A stretch of DNA of 64,000 nucleotides, from assembly GCF_964204645.1 (NCBI RefSeq), contig NC_134029.1, positions 13,542,850 to 13,606,849 on the forward strand, written 5' to 3'. The DNA is from Tubulanus polymorphus. Its lineage: Eukaryota > Animalia > Nemertea. Shown piece by piece: positions 37,967-51,827 of the stretch. A program made the position numbers and the translations under genes. The notes under the pieces are model-generated. The model saw nothing but the letters and a program-made list of their open reading frames with translations. It did no database searches and was not told the origin of the DNA. How positions within the stretch are numbered: the first letter of the stretch is position 1; each line of letters opens with the position of its first letter.

Positions 37967-39554
37967 TAATTTTGAAACAAAGAAAATAAATGGAGAGTAA
38001 TTACATAAAAATGATTATCCAAGATCATTTGACAGGGTAAAAATAACGACTGAATAATTTCTTGTATTCCCGAGTTCTTACTGTGAATTTGGAATAGCGC
38101 AACCGTCGGCCAATATGTATAGTTCCGATATAGGTGTGTATATTGTTTATTGTATGACGATTTCACAAAATGAGTATCATCTTTTTAAAACCTGATTGTT
38201 TTGTCAAGTTCAGCGATTGAGTGATTCAGCGAAGTTCGAACATCGTACAGTTACCACTGATTAAATGGTTTTGTAACCGCTATACGTACTGAGCTCAATC
38301 AAAATTACTCGTCAAAAAGAGAATAGCCCTGGACACAAGAAAAAAGTAGTGAAACTAGTTGAATCAACACCAGGCCATAGTTAAAAGGTTAATGTAAAAA
38401 AGTTAATTTGCAACGAATCTCTCCATTTTTCCGCAGTCCGCAGTTTTTTTCTATCGTCTATTAATTTATATGCTTGCGGCATGATAAAATAAATGCAGCG
38501 TTATGTACATGTACTTTTCCACCGTGGAGTTCATCACCATGAAAACGACAATTCATACCTACTTACAATCACCTGAATAGTGTTATGAAATGGCAAATAA
38601 CTCACCGCTAAAAAAACGCAGCCCGGTCTCGTTACTGGTACTCTACCAGTGAATGTTTCTGTTTGAATTTATTGTATCAACAGGCGAATACAAATATCAA
38701 CAGCACAACGAATACCTACAATCAAAAAATTATTTTCTAACTGATGGTTTTTTCATACGGCGACGGAATCGATAACCTACAGTGCGCTGTACTAGGAAAT
38801 GATTTCGGCCTCGAGTACGTATACGTGATATGGTTTCTTAGGCCCATTATCGTCAGTTTGTAGCACGTGTGATTGTTGACCATTCCATAATAACCGTAGC
38901 TACTAAAATGACACAGTTGATGTTGCATAATTACCTTCAATGGCTATTACATTAATTTGTGGTATGGGCATAACATGAAGTAAGAGGCGAGTTCCGCTGA
39001 CACTAAGTTGGAGAACAACTAAAATAAATAGGTCATTCGACATCTGCGATTTACGGACGTTTAGCGGGACCTGATGGTTTTTTTCGTGATTTATGATCTA
39101 TTTGTATCGTACACCTGTTTTAAGCCATTACGAAATTATCTTAATAGCACAGCCATGTGTAGGCCTGTTGTCATCATGGCAAATTCTTTTTTATGCAGAA
39201 TGAAAAAAAAAACTAACAGTCCAATTTAGAGATATTATTGACCATACTTAAACTAAAGAACTCGACAACTTGTTTCCCATTTCTGCAGCGCTTAAAAGTT
39301 GACTATTATTATGCATTTTGCATTCTATTTTTCCGAGGACAATCGCTTGATAAACTCTCGGATTTTCACATTTTCCTTCCGATTACTACAGTTGTCTCTT
39401 TTCACAAAGATTTTCTCCACACATTTTCTTATGAATCAAGAAAATTAAGCCCATACGGCAGCAGCCGATGTAGTTTGAACTCTCTAGCCGTAACGATCTA
39501 TCATGTATTTAACGCATGATCACTCTATTCTTTAGGTATAGATATATTAAAGGC

Positions 39555-40442
39555 ATCTTTATCAGAGACGAGATATTTGGGGGTCTTAGGATTATGGGTC
39601 TTAGGTTTAGTATATTATATATAGGTGTCACTAAACCTAAGACCCATTAACCTAAGACCCGACTCTAAATCATTATTTGTGTACTTTAGACTATTCAAAA
39701 TGGTTCTAATATATAGATATTAGTTAAAATGATCCATCGATGGCCCATTTAAATTTGGTTTATTTATCAGAGACGTATTTGAGGGTCTTAGGTTTATAGG
39801 TCTTAGGTTTAGTATATTATATATAGGTGTCACTAAACCTAAGACCCATAAACCTAAGACCCGACTCTAAATCATTATTTGTGTACGTTAGACTATTCAA
39901 AATGGTTCTAATATATAGATATTTGTTAAAATGTTCCATCGATGGCCTATTTAAATTTGGTTCATTTATCAGAGACGAGATATTTGGGGGTCTTAGGTTT
40001 ATGGGTCTTAGGTTTAGTATATTATATATAGGTGTCACTAAACCTAAGACCCATAAACCTAAGACCCGACTCTAAATCATTATTTGTGTACTTTAGACTA
40101 TTCAAAATGGTTCTAATATATAGATATTAGTTAATGATCCATCGATGGCCTATTTAAATTTGGGTCATTTATCAGAGACGAGATATTTGGGGGTCTTAGG
40201 TTTATGGGTCTTAGGTTTAGTATATTATATATAGGTGTCACTAAACCTAAGACCCATAAACATAAGACCTGGCCCTAATTCGTTATTTGTGTACTTTGGA
40301 CGAGATATTTGGGGGTCTTAGGTTTATGGGTCTTAGGTTTAGTATATCATATATAAGTGTCACTAAACCTAAGACCCCCTAAACATAAGACCTAACGGGT
40401 CTTAGGTCTTAGGTTTAGGGGGTCTTAGGTTTAGTGACACCC
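39555..40442. repeat. Tandem array (~203-bp unit) of hairpin-containing transposon-end sequence
   Basis: ATCAGAGACG recurs at 39561, 39766, 39968, 40171; each unit has ~31-bp inverted arms GGGTCTTAGGTTTATGGGTCTTAGGTTTAGT / ACTAAACCTAAGACCCATAAACCTAAGACCC; array ends TAGTGACACCCG. Confidence 0.92.
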
Positions 40443-40443
40443 G

Positions 40444-41497
40444 TCAGATAAAATATAAATATGTATTTTATAATTTAAACCTCCTTTTTTCTTTTTCATG
40501 AATAATTGTATTCCATCTTTTGTATTTTGTAATTTTTTTCCCAGAACCATGTAACAAGTTATCTTCAGTTTTTCTAAAATCTAACCATAATGCATATTTA
40601 CTGCCGGTATAATAATCAATTTGATTAACATTACAATCTTAAGATCACTTTATTTTTTCATTCATAAAATGTTTTTTAATTTCTGCCCATTGATCTATCA
40701 TTCTCATTCCCTAGCAAAATAATTTATTTTCATACGTTCGATAGTTATTTCTACTTTTGATATTTCAGGATTGTAATTATTATCAACTTTTATTGCACCA
40801 TTAGAATATGTTGCAATGGTAAAAAATATTAATATACCTTTAATAGATCTTCTTGGGAAGTTAATATTCTCATTAATTATTTCATCATTTGCATTAATAG
40901 TTACAGTTTTAATTACAATTTATCAATATAATCATATAATAATTTAAATCTTTGATTGTATTTAGTTTGAATTGTGTTAGCAATATTTTCATCAGTTACT
41001 GTGTCATATTCTAAACATATATTTGATTATTTATAACCCATATCTTTAACAACGCTAGATAATACGATTTCATTAACAGGAGCAAATGTTATTTCGAATA
41101 TAATATCTTCTTGTATTGCATATTTATATAAAGGTGTATTATTTTTTTATCAATTCAAAGTCTAATGGAATTTTATATTTGCTTCCATAAATCTTTTCTA
41201 TTAAATTATCTACGTCATTAGTTTCTACTGCATTATTAGCTTCAGATCTTAATTTATTTTGGTTTTCTGATTGGATGCCTTGCAATATCATATTATTTCT
41301 ATTTTCTTTTGTTAACCATAAATCTTTATAATGCGTAAAAAAATTATAATCATCTAATGAAAAAACTGCTTCTGGTCCAATTTTTATAGTTAATTTTTAA
41401 ATTAAGTATCTTCCAACATTATCTAGACATAATTATTACCATGACCAGTTTTATATCAGCTGATAAATAAATACTATTTGGAACATACAAATATTGT
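40444..41497 (-). pseudogene. Major capsid protein fragment
   Basis: Colinear with 9696-10958. Confidence 0.75.
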
Positions 41498-41499
41498 TG

Positions 41500-42322
41500 T
41501 AAATACCATAGTTACAGCTGTTAGAATTGAAAGAATTGTTATACCTTCTAGTTTAAATAATAATTTCATTCTATCTTTCAATGATATCTTTCAGAATCTG
41601 GTTTTATTATTAACTCATTAATAATAACTTTTAATCTATTAATACAATAATCATATGATTTTAATAATAATTTATTTTTTGCTTTCTGTAATTCTAAATC
41701 ATATTTTGAATCATCAATTTCTTTTTCTAAATATGCATTTCTTTTTTTAAATTCAATTTCTTCAGTAACTTTATTATCTCTATCTAACTTAAATTGTTCT
41801 AATTCTTTTCTTGAATTAAATAATTCATCTTCTAAAGTTGTAATTTTAAAACCTCTTATATCTTTATTTTGCACAATTTGATCAGCGTCATTTCTTATAC
41901 TAATAATTTCTCTAATTGCTTTATCAGAAAATATATCTAATTCTTTCAATTCTTGATCTGTTGCATCAAGTAATTCCTTTGGTAAAAGTTTTTCAATTGG
42001 AACTTTATTCGATTCGTGTCGGTAACATTTTCTATTTCATTACTATTTCTTTTTCTTTTAATTCTAGATAGGTCTAATTTTCTCAAAGTTGATGCTGCTA
42101 ATATTTTATTTTGATTTTTATAATAGATATCAATATAATAATCATTTTTCAAATGATAATAATATTCACCATCTAAAGATTATAATTCTCTCACTAAAAG
42201 TCTAGCAGCTCTATCATTTATATTATATCCAGATTTTTCAAATATAATTTTATCAGGTTGTGGTGATCAGTTATACCGGATTCATCGAAAGTACCCAAAT
42301 CACAATTTTGTCCACGTTCCAT
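41500..42322 (-). pseudogene. Membrane-active coiled-coil protein, partial
   Basis: FKKRNAYLEKEIDD..INRLKVI..GITILSILTAVTMVFTT. Confidence 0.65.
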
Positions 42323-42718
42323 TTATATGATAAAAAAATTAAAACTTAAAATATTATATTCCTCCTATTACAATTCCTACACAAGTTATAGCTAATTTAG
42401 TATTTTCATGAGATTTATTATCACTATTAGTTTGAATTATTTCATGATGAATATTATCAGTTTTTATATCTTCTGATTTATTGTAATCTTTTATTTTAGA
42501 ATCATTATTTAATTTAATATTCTTTGTTTTAGTTTCTGTTGATTAAATATCTTTTTTTAATTTTTCACTTTCCATTAATTTTGGAGCAGTGATAATTTTT
42601 TATTTACATCATATAATCCAAATGAATTATTTATTGTTGCAGTTTTAATCAAATTATTATAACCAATTATATTTCCCATTTTTAATATTAAATCATCAGA
42701 AATAATCAACAAATTAGT

Positions 42719-45682
42719 ACCTAAATGTTCTGGGCAATAAGGTAAGTTTCTTGTTTTAAACTTTATACTTTCAGCAGGATATTCCAAATCAACTACAAAG
42801 AAATAACCAATTGGAGCACCATCTTCTAAACTCATTATTGCGCTTTCCCAATTAGTTTTATCATCATTTTCAACTTTTGTTAATACAAAATTTTTATATG
42901 GTTGAGGTTGCATCATTGCCCAACCATATAAATTATTAGCATCGATGTACAATAATTTGTATTCATCATTTGCTTTAAAATATCTATCTCCCATAACACC
43001 ACTAATTCCACCTCTAATTGATTTTTCAAATAATAAAACCATGTCTGGTTCTTTTAATAAATCTAATTCTACATTTGTATATTTTAAACCACATTGCCAG
43101 GTTAAACCAGGACTTGAATAACAATAACAAGGATCAACATTAAAATGATTTAAATTAACTTCTCTAAATTTTTCAAATATGTCAACCAATATCCTACTAA
43201 TTCACCATGATTTTTTTTCTTAAAAAATGATTCCAAATATTTAATGTTTTATCAAAAACTCCATCTTTCACGTACTCCTCTTTTAATTGATCATAAAATT
43301 GTTCTTTTAATAATTGTGTGTTTTATAAAATGAATAAGGAATTGCACCTTTAAAGCTCAATAATTTAAAAACTTGTTCATTTGGATACTAATGCCGAGTT
43401 ATTACAAAATCATTATTAACTAAACTTTTTGCTAAATTATCTAATGAACGTCTTAAAAATCTATAAGAATCTAAAAATCCCAAACAACCAAATTGAAATG
43501 AAATGTAATTTTCAGATGTCTTAGCTAATAGTTTAAAATCATATTTTCTTACATCTAAATCATTTATAGCATTATATTCTTCTATTTCTTGATTAATTGC
43601 GCCTAATTTTCCTGATAATTGTTTTATAAATAGATGAGCATCATATCATAAATTATTAAATAATATTGGTACGAAATTTACTTTTTTAACTTTGTAAATT
43701 ACAATCTTCATGAGCAGCTCCACGATAATTTGAATTTAATGATCGTGATCTTTAACTTTTTTATCAAATGAATAAAAACGTTTTGCAGAGTAACAACGAT
43801 GAGTTGCATAATTAAAATCAATTTCATCTTCTTTGGTCATAATTATTCTTTTATTTTTATTTAATAATTGTGCAAAATCACTTTCTAATTCAATTATTTT
43901 ATTACAAAATTTATTTACTACATCTTCACCTCTAAAAGAAATATATTGACTTTCATATAATTTAGGATAATTTGATTTTATATATATTCCATAAGCAGCA
44001 GCTCTTTGAAGAACTTTTCTAATTGTATTTATGATTGGTGGGTCTTGTATTATGTCTTCATTTAATTCATTTCCGTTGTCCATTGATTTTAATAATTGCT
44101 TTTTGTTATATATTTCTTTTCTATCTTGATCAGTTAATTCTTTATTCAACGATTCAAAATCCCCATAAATTACAAATGACACTATATTTTCAAATTTATG
44201 ATTAGTAAATTTCAATTTATAATGTTTTTCTGTTGGCATTATTAATTTGCAAAAATCTTTATTATCACATAATTCTTTATGTTTTAATGATGCATTTTTC
44301 AGTTCTAAATTTAGACAAACATTTTCTACATACATATATTTTATGACTGTTAAAATCACTTTCTGTTCTAAAGAATAAATCTATTTGTTTTAACCAAATA
44401 TAAGGTTCATTTTCATCTTCTTCGTAATATAATAAATCTATAACATTTTCATCATCATAATATTCTGTTAAATATAAAGCTTCTAATGTATAATCTTTAA
44501 TAGTTTCACCTGTTGTCTCTGGTAATTGGATTAATTCGAATACATTTATTTTTAAATAATTAACTTTTTCTATTTTAGGAATCATTTTTATAGTTACTGG
44601 GTATTGATCAATTTTATATAATGTTTCATATTTCCGGTAGTCTGTTATTCTATAAACATGTTCTTCTGTTGGATGTAAACAACTAACAATTGACCATAGA
44701 AAACATACATATCTTCATTTTAAACATTTATAACTGCTTTTGTTGTAAATGGTAATTTAATATAAGATGATGCTTGAATATCCTTTTCTGTTGTAGTTTG
44801 AATCATTTTTAAACATTGCATTACTTTTTGATGCTTTATTCCTATTTGTATTATAAATATTTAAATCTAAAAATATAATTTCATTCAATGTTAAACCAGA
44901 ACCCTCAAAATATCTTTCTTCAATATGACGTTTAAATTCATTAAATATTTTTCTAACTTCTTTTTTATTTGTGTTTTTGAAATTATCTCTTCAGAATGTG
45001 TTTGAATATTGTACTCCATTTTTTCTTCCGATTTTATAAAACATACTTTTCCAGATATACTAATTTTTGGATATTCAATATTTGTAACGAAGTCCATTAT
45101 TTTTTCCATTATTTCCATATATTTGCTATAATCTTCTATTGTTGATCCTTTTGATCCTTTAAAATTGATCCCAATTGATCCTTTAAAAAATCTAAATGTA
45201 ATAGCTGCAGGACCAATTTTACTACGTAATGTTTCTAAAATTTCAATTGTATCTTTTATTTCTAGCGAATCGATATAATTTCTAACATTTTCCAATTAAG
45301 GTGTATTTGAAATATATTTATTTTTTGAAGCCGGTTTTTTTACTTGCTGAGGTTTATCATCAAAATATTCTGTTCCTAAAATATTTTTATTTAAATTTTG
45401 TTTGTGTTTTTGAGATTCGAGATGTCTTTTATAATTCTTTTTTACTATAAATTCATTACAAACTTCACATTCTATTTCGTATTTTTTTCATATCATTTAA
45501 TCGTTGTTTTCCTTCATTTGAATTTTCTGGTGTCTCAAAATCTATAACATTTTTTTTTAATGATTTGCAGTTTTTTCATGTCGAGATTTTTTAGATTTAT
45601 CGATGAATTTTTTACAATATGTACAATAATATTGATTTTTATTAACATCATTTTTTTCTCTCTGGAACTCACTGTCTCCCAT
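42719..45682 (-). pseudogene. Protein-primed DNA polymerase B with N-terminal Zn fingers and an endonuclease-VII-like insert
   Basis: YGDFES (ExoI), KVKDHDH..YRGAAHEDCN, YDAHLFIK, FLDSYRFL, SSPGLTW, SIRGGIS, YIDANNLYGWAM, VDLEYP; many frameshifts; C-terminus deleted. Confidence 0.93.
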
Positions 45683-45776
45683 TTATCAGGGGGAAAAATT
45701 ACTTGTGGTGATGAGTGATGTGCCGACCTCTCGACCTCTGGCCTGAAAACGCTATATTCTAATTACTTTTAATATG

Positions 45777-48700
45777 AGAATTAGAAAAACGACCTAATAC
45801 AGGGGATAACATTTTAGCTAGCGATTTCGAGAGAAAATACGAGGGTCATCCACAATTAGAAATAATGGGACGTAAGGGTACACCAGATTTATGAATTTTA
45901 GGTAAACCATAAGCGTATGGAAGGGAGGCGAGACGACAATAAAAACGGCGAATGTAAGCTTTAAAATCACTATGTTTTTAAGCTACCTCGTCGCTATAGT
46001 TTAGCCTTACGTGAACTCAGATCTTTGAAATACCTTCGTATCTCTAAAGCGGACAAAGGCGGCAAGATTGTCATCATGGATGTTGTGGACTATGATAAAA
46101 CTAGAATGACGCAAAGCCTCGAATGCCCCCGGCCTGAAATCCACCGCCACGTGAAGTTACAGGGTTTATGGTAAATGCGTTAGAAATATCATGGCCACAA
46201 TTATTTCTATAAGAATGATATTAGAGAACATGTGTACAAAGTGTAAATAATTCATCCACAGTTGCAGCCTCTAGGCTGTTTTCCCCTGATGGCCATAATT
46301 TTAATTGGTCAACAATTGCAGCCTCTAGTAATAATTTGAATCGAATCGACCCGATTTTAAATAGGGTTCTGCACAAGGGATATCCTACTTGTGTACCAAG
46401 TTTGAAGTTAATCGGTCAACAATTCCTGCCTCTAGGCTATTAATGTAGTTTTTCGTGTTGGCCCCCTGGTGGGCATTATTCAGATCAAATTGACACAATT
46501 TTAGATTGGATTCGGGGCGACGTGATACCCTACTTGTGTACCAAGTTTGATCGGTCACCAATTGCAGCCTCTAGGCTGTGAACATCGTTGTTCATGTTCG
46601 CACCCTGGTGGCCATAATTTGAATCGAATCAACCCAATTTTATAAGGCTTTTGGCCCAAGTGTTATCCTACTTTTGTACCAAATTTAAAATGAGTGGGTC
46701 AGCAATTGCGGCTTTTAGCCTGTTAACGTTGTTTTTCATGTCGGCCCTCTGGTTGCCAGAATTTGAATCGAATCAACCCAATTTTAAATAGGGTTCTGGC
46801 CCAAGTGTTATCCTACTTGTGTACTAGGTTTGAAATGAATCGGCCGACAATTGCGGCCTCTAGACTGCTAACGTTGTTTTTCATGCCAGCCCCCTGGTGG
46901 CCAAAATTTGAATCGAATCAACCCAATTTCAAATAGGGTTCTCGCCCAAGTGATATACTACTCGTGTACCAAGTTTGAAAACAATCGGTCAACAATTGCG
47001 GCCTCTAGGCAGTTAACGTCACTTTCAGCGGCGGCGACATATTCAGACAGAGGTAAATCTATATGCCCCCTCTCAACTTAAGTTGAGCCAGGGGCATAAA
47101 AAAACGGTCAACAATTAAGGCCTCTAGACTGTTAACATTATTTTTTATGTCGGCCCCCTAGTGGCCATTATTTGGATCGAATCGCCCCAATTTTAGATAG
47201 GGTTCTGGCCCAGGTAATATCCAACTTGTGTTCCAAGTTTGAAATGAATTGATCACCAATTGCGGCCTCTAGGCTGTTAATGTCGCTATTCATGTCAGCC
47301 CCCTGGTGGCCATAATTTGAATCGAATCGACCTAATCTTACATAGGGTTCTGGCCCAAGTGATATCCTGCTTCTGTACCAAATTTGAAGACAATAGGTAA
47401 AAAATTGCAGCCTCTAGGCTGTTAACGTCGTTTTTCATGTCGGCCCCCTGGTGGCCATAATTTAAATCGAATCGACCCATTTCTAAAGATAGTTCTACCC
47501 CAAGTGATATCCTACTTGTGTACCAAGTTATAAAACAATCGGTCAACAATTGCGGCCTCTAGGCTGTTAACGTCGTTTTTCATGTCGCCCCCTGGTGGCC
47601 ATAATTTAAATCGAATAGACCCAATTTTTTTTAGGGTTCTGGCCCAAGTCATATCCTACTTGTGTACCAAGTTTTAAAACAATCGGTCATCAATTGCGGC
47701 CTCTAGGCTGTTAACGTCGTTTTTCATGTCTGCCCCCTGGTGGCCATAATTTAAATCGAATCGAACCAATTTTAAATAGGGTTCTGGCCCAAGTGGTATC
47801 CTACTTATGAACCAAATTTGAAAACAATCGGTCAACAATTACGGCCTCTAGACTGTTAACGCCACTTGCGCAGCGGCGTATACAGACAGGGGTAAATCTA
47901 TATGCGTCCTCAAAACTAAGCCGGGGCATAAAAATGTACACTATTCTTTCCGATCCTTTAGTTTATAAGTATTGGAATGGTTATACATACATTTATAACA
48001 ACTATAGAATACTGCTCACTAGAGCAGTAACTTGTTCAGCAGTAACGTGTATTCTACTGTATTAAACTGCATTACATCTGTACGTCATGCTCAGTACACA
48101 TCATGTGATATTTCACTATATATATTGATATGTAAAGGGTAGATGAGAGTCACTTTGAGAAACAACTACTTTAATGTCAACACCGAGTCGTACTGCTAGT
48201 CACTTCTTTCTGGAGAAAAGGTATTGACAATAAGCCTCTTAAAAAGATCCTTTTAAGTGTTGGCAAAGTAATTTTAATCATAACCTTGGACTTTTAGCTG
48301 AAAAACAGTGATTTTAAAGCTTATATTCGCCGTTTTTATTGTCGTCTCCCCTCCCTTCCATACGCTTATTGTGTACCTAAAATTCATAAATCTGGTGTAC
48401 CCTTACGCCCCATTATTTCTAATTGTGGATGACCCTCGTATTTTCTCTCGAAATCGCTAGCTAAAATGTTATCCTCTGTATTAGGTCATTTTTCTAACTC
48501 TCAGATTAAACATAACTCTAGACAGATTACGGTCCATCATTCCTAACTGTGACAAATTCATCTCATTTGATGTTGTTTCACTGTTTACTAATATCCCTTT
48601 AGAGGCTACTTTTGATTTCATTCGACGCAAACTTCCGGGCCTCCGACTCGAATTTCCCATTTCTGTTGAATGTCTCATTGATATACCTGAACTGTGTTCC

Positions 48701-49900
48701 AAAAATATGTATTTCAGGGTATTTCTTTCAACAGATTTTTGGATTTGGTATGGGGAATCCCCTCTTTCCTATCTTAGCTAACTTATTTTTGGAACATGTT
48801 GAAACTGAAATTTTGCCTTTGTATACAGATATCCCTCCCAAAGCTTGGTTTCATTATGTTGACCATGTTCTTTGCTTGGTTACTGAAAAATTTAACCTTC
48901 CCTTATTTTCAGAGTTCTTAAATTCACGTGACCGTAGCCTTAAGTGCACATTGGGAATCCAATAATGTGATTCCTTTCCTGGATGTTCTTATACACAATT
49001 GTTTTGATCGTCCCCGTTTATCGGAAACCCACCCACTCTAATTCATATTTGCATTTCTTTTCCTTCGCTAGTTTTAATATCAAGTTGTCTGTAGCCCAAG
49101 GGTTGTTTCTACGGGCGCTTAGAATTTGTGACCCTGAATTTAATGAATCTGAAATTGTATATATGTACGCAATTGTCTTAACAAATTAGCTTATCCAGAT
49201 TGCGTCTTAGACCTTGCGCTTCGTAAAGCTAAAAGATTCCTTAAACATAATTTTATCCGTGTTGACTTTAACTCTATTCAACATAAGTCTCGCATTGTTG
49301 TCCCTTATGTCCCGTGTTTAGACAAATTGAAACCCACTCTCAATGCACTTAACACTGAGATCATTCAAGTATAATAACAAAATCTCTAGTCATTTATACA
49401 AAAATAATACTCTGTCCAATACCCATGCCGGTGTTTATAAAATCCCTTGCTTAAATTGTGATAAATTTCATATAGGTGAAACTGTTCGCTCCCTCAGCAT
49501 TCGTATTAAAGAGCATAACAAAGATATAATTAATCAAAAACCCCAAAGTGCTGTGGCTACCCATGTTTGGGATACCTATGGTCATCAATTTGATTTTAAT
49601 AATTCTTGTATAATTTTTCCGTCTCACAGTATTACCCGACGTCACATAGTTGAGTTGGCTTTAATAAATTCCCATTCATAATTCCTGTGTCAATGGTAAC
49701 CTCAGTTTCTCCCCCCATAATAAACTTTTGTCCCTATACATTTCCTCTCTGGTTAATATTACCTAGTTTTCATGTGGAATAGTGTGTGTCGTTCTTGCTT
49801 GTATATATACTGTGAAATGTCATAATTTTAGTCACTCTCGAGAATTGCTTTTAGGATAAAACCGAAAATTCGAGGTTTTAATAAATTCTTTAATGTTTTG
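45777..49900 (+). mobile_element. Penelope-like retroelement (RT + GIY-YIG), 5' truncated with inverted segment, interrupted by a HINE
   Basis: KADKGGKIVIM..Y (46050s), PKIHKSGVPLRPIIS, SFDVVSLFTNIP, GFGMGNPL, YVDH, FLDVL, VYRKPTH, GVYKIPCLNCDKFHIGET..RIKEH. Confidence 0.9.
46098..47932 (+). mobile_element. HINE/Helentron-like element with ~140-bp satellite and two 3' ends
   Basis: Starts AAACTAGAATG..ATGCCCCC; repeats GCCTCTAGGCTGTTAAC..CCCTGGTGGCCATAATTT; CAGACAG..GGTAAATCTATATG..GGGGCATAAAAA at ~47045-47102 and ~47883-47934; the Penelope frame resumes after it. Confidence 0.78.
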
Positions 49901-51827
49901 ATGTTTTAAAATCTCTTTCGAACTTGTGATTGTGGGACTCATATTTACTTCTTTATGATCATTTCTTTAAGAAGGGGGTGTTACGTATTCGATGTTTGTC
50001 AAGCATCATTGGTTTTCACATTCCTATTTCACTATTTCGTCGTATGTCAGTGATCATTTTGAATATTGTAAGCTATTGTGCTACGTTTGTGTTATAAATA
50101 AAAGATTTGCTAGTAAAAGGGATGGCTAAACAAGAGATTTGACAGAAACTATATATGTATTTAAACTATTTCAACAATTACTTTTCTATTTTAGATAGTC
50201 AAAATAAATCGAACAGTGACTTGACTATACAGTTAACAGACAATGCATGAATGTGTATTATCTTATCAGTACAATCATATACTTAAATCAATTTTTTTGG
50301 CATCTGTTATGATAAAGTTTTTCATCATCAGCTTCTTGATGAATGTCTTCACTTTAAGTTTTGCTGCAATCATAAAAATTCAAGAGAATTTCATTTTACA
50401 ATATCAGCGGAACAATGCAAATGACAATTAATACATACCAGTAGTTACATCAACGTCTTTGTCCAATTCAATTCTGTGAGACAAATCTCGCGCAACATCT
50501 TTGAACACATCCTACAATTGAGTCATCAAATGAAGATATTGAAAAAGCATAATATAGTACCACTGCTTCATTTATATGACATTCCCTAGTGAAGATGAGG
50601 TTGGTCTCATGTTTCACACCAGGGTCAGTTGCACGACAGGGACTTGTTGTGATACCTGGGGTTCGAAATCAACGATTCCACCCAGGCTCCAAGGTCCTTT
50701 AATAAATTGCCCATGGGCAAAGAAGTTTGTAGCCAATAGCAATGACACCAATAATTGGACTTAACTTTTTTGTGAAACTGGTCCCTGACAACAATAAGAC
50801 GGCCGCTGATCACTGCGAGAAAAATTAATATTATCGCAAATCGGATACGAAGAAGGACCGCATATCCATCTAAAATTCGCTTGCGGTTATCTGGACAAAG
50901 TATCCAAATTGTAACCGCATACAGATATGAGATGCTGATCCTGAACTTCGCTGAAAAAGCTGAAACACTGAAAAGAAAACGCTGAAATTTCAGGGAATTC
51001 TCTAATAATGCAGAAATCGTGCTAAAAACCGACGATACACGTTTTGAAAATTTTTCCGGGTCTGGTGTCTGCTGCCGAGTCCTAAGCCGTGCTTTAGTCT
51101 TTACCGAATTTTCGGGTTAGAGAGATATGCCTACAAGGTCGTCGTCTTCGGCTCCTTTTCAACATTTTTAACTGACATCAGACCACAAATAATAGGTTAG
51201 TAGCTCGAAGCTACGTAGGACCGGACCCCAAAAATTGTAGCTAGAGTGAAGAAGAGGTCCTCCACAAATGTTGCCATAATTTCTGCAAATGGGATAGGTA
51301 ACGAATTTCGGTTAAAAGTATGAAATCCATAGGTCCTGAGATCGAGGCAGAATGATGATGAAAAAAGGAATTTCCTGGACCTGTTTAACTCGGAGTATGG
51401 GTACCAAACACGGTGGGGCATTCGGCTTGGATGTACTGGCATATCTTTACTGGGATACCCCTCCTTTGAAGATTTATTTCAAAATTTAGGTTGGGTAGGC
51501 TTATATGGGGCAAAAACCACTTGAATGCGTCGCTAAGATGCTGGCCTATGCCATAGGCAGGATTTCCCCTGAATTTACGCGCCTATATATGAACTAAACT
51601 CTCGGATTCCTTATTTTTTACTATATTGTAGGATATAGAAGATTTTGGAATACTGGTCTGGCTCAACTTTTGATCGATTGATGGAGGACCTCATTTCCTT
51701 GACAAGAGCCGGAATCTTCAATTGAATCAGGAGGGAACAATAATTGTTCAGGACACACTGTAACATGATACTTACTAGCCAAAAATTAGTTCATCAAAAC
51801 TACATCAGTTCCAAAAACTACCATCAT

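Larger units (their letters stand above)
40444..45776 (-). mobile_element. Polinton/adintovirus-like element, copy E (internally deleted)
   Basis: Terminal leader, PolB N-terminal portion, then structural genes through MCP. Confidence 0.88.

Noticed and set aside
49700-50100. Hammerhead ribozyme in the Penelope 3' region
   Set aside because: No convincing CTGANGA...GAAA core with pairing stems found by eye.
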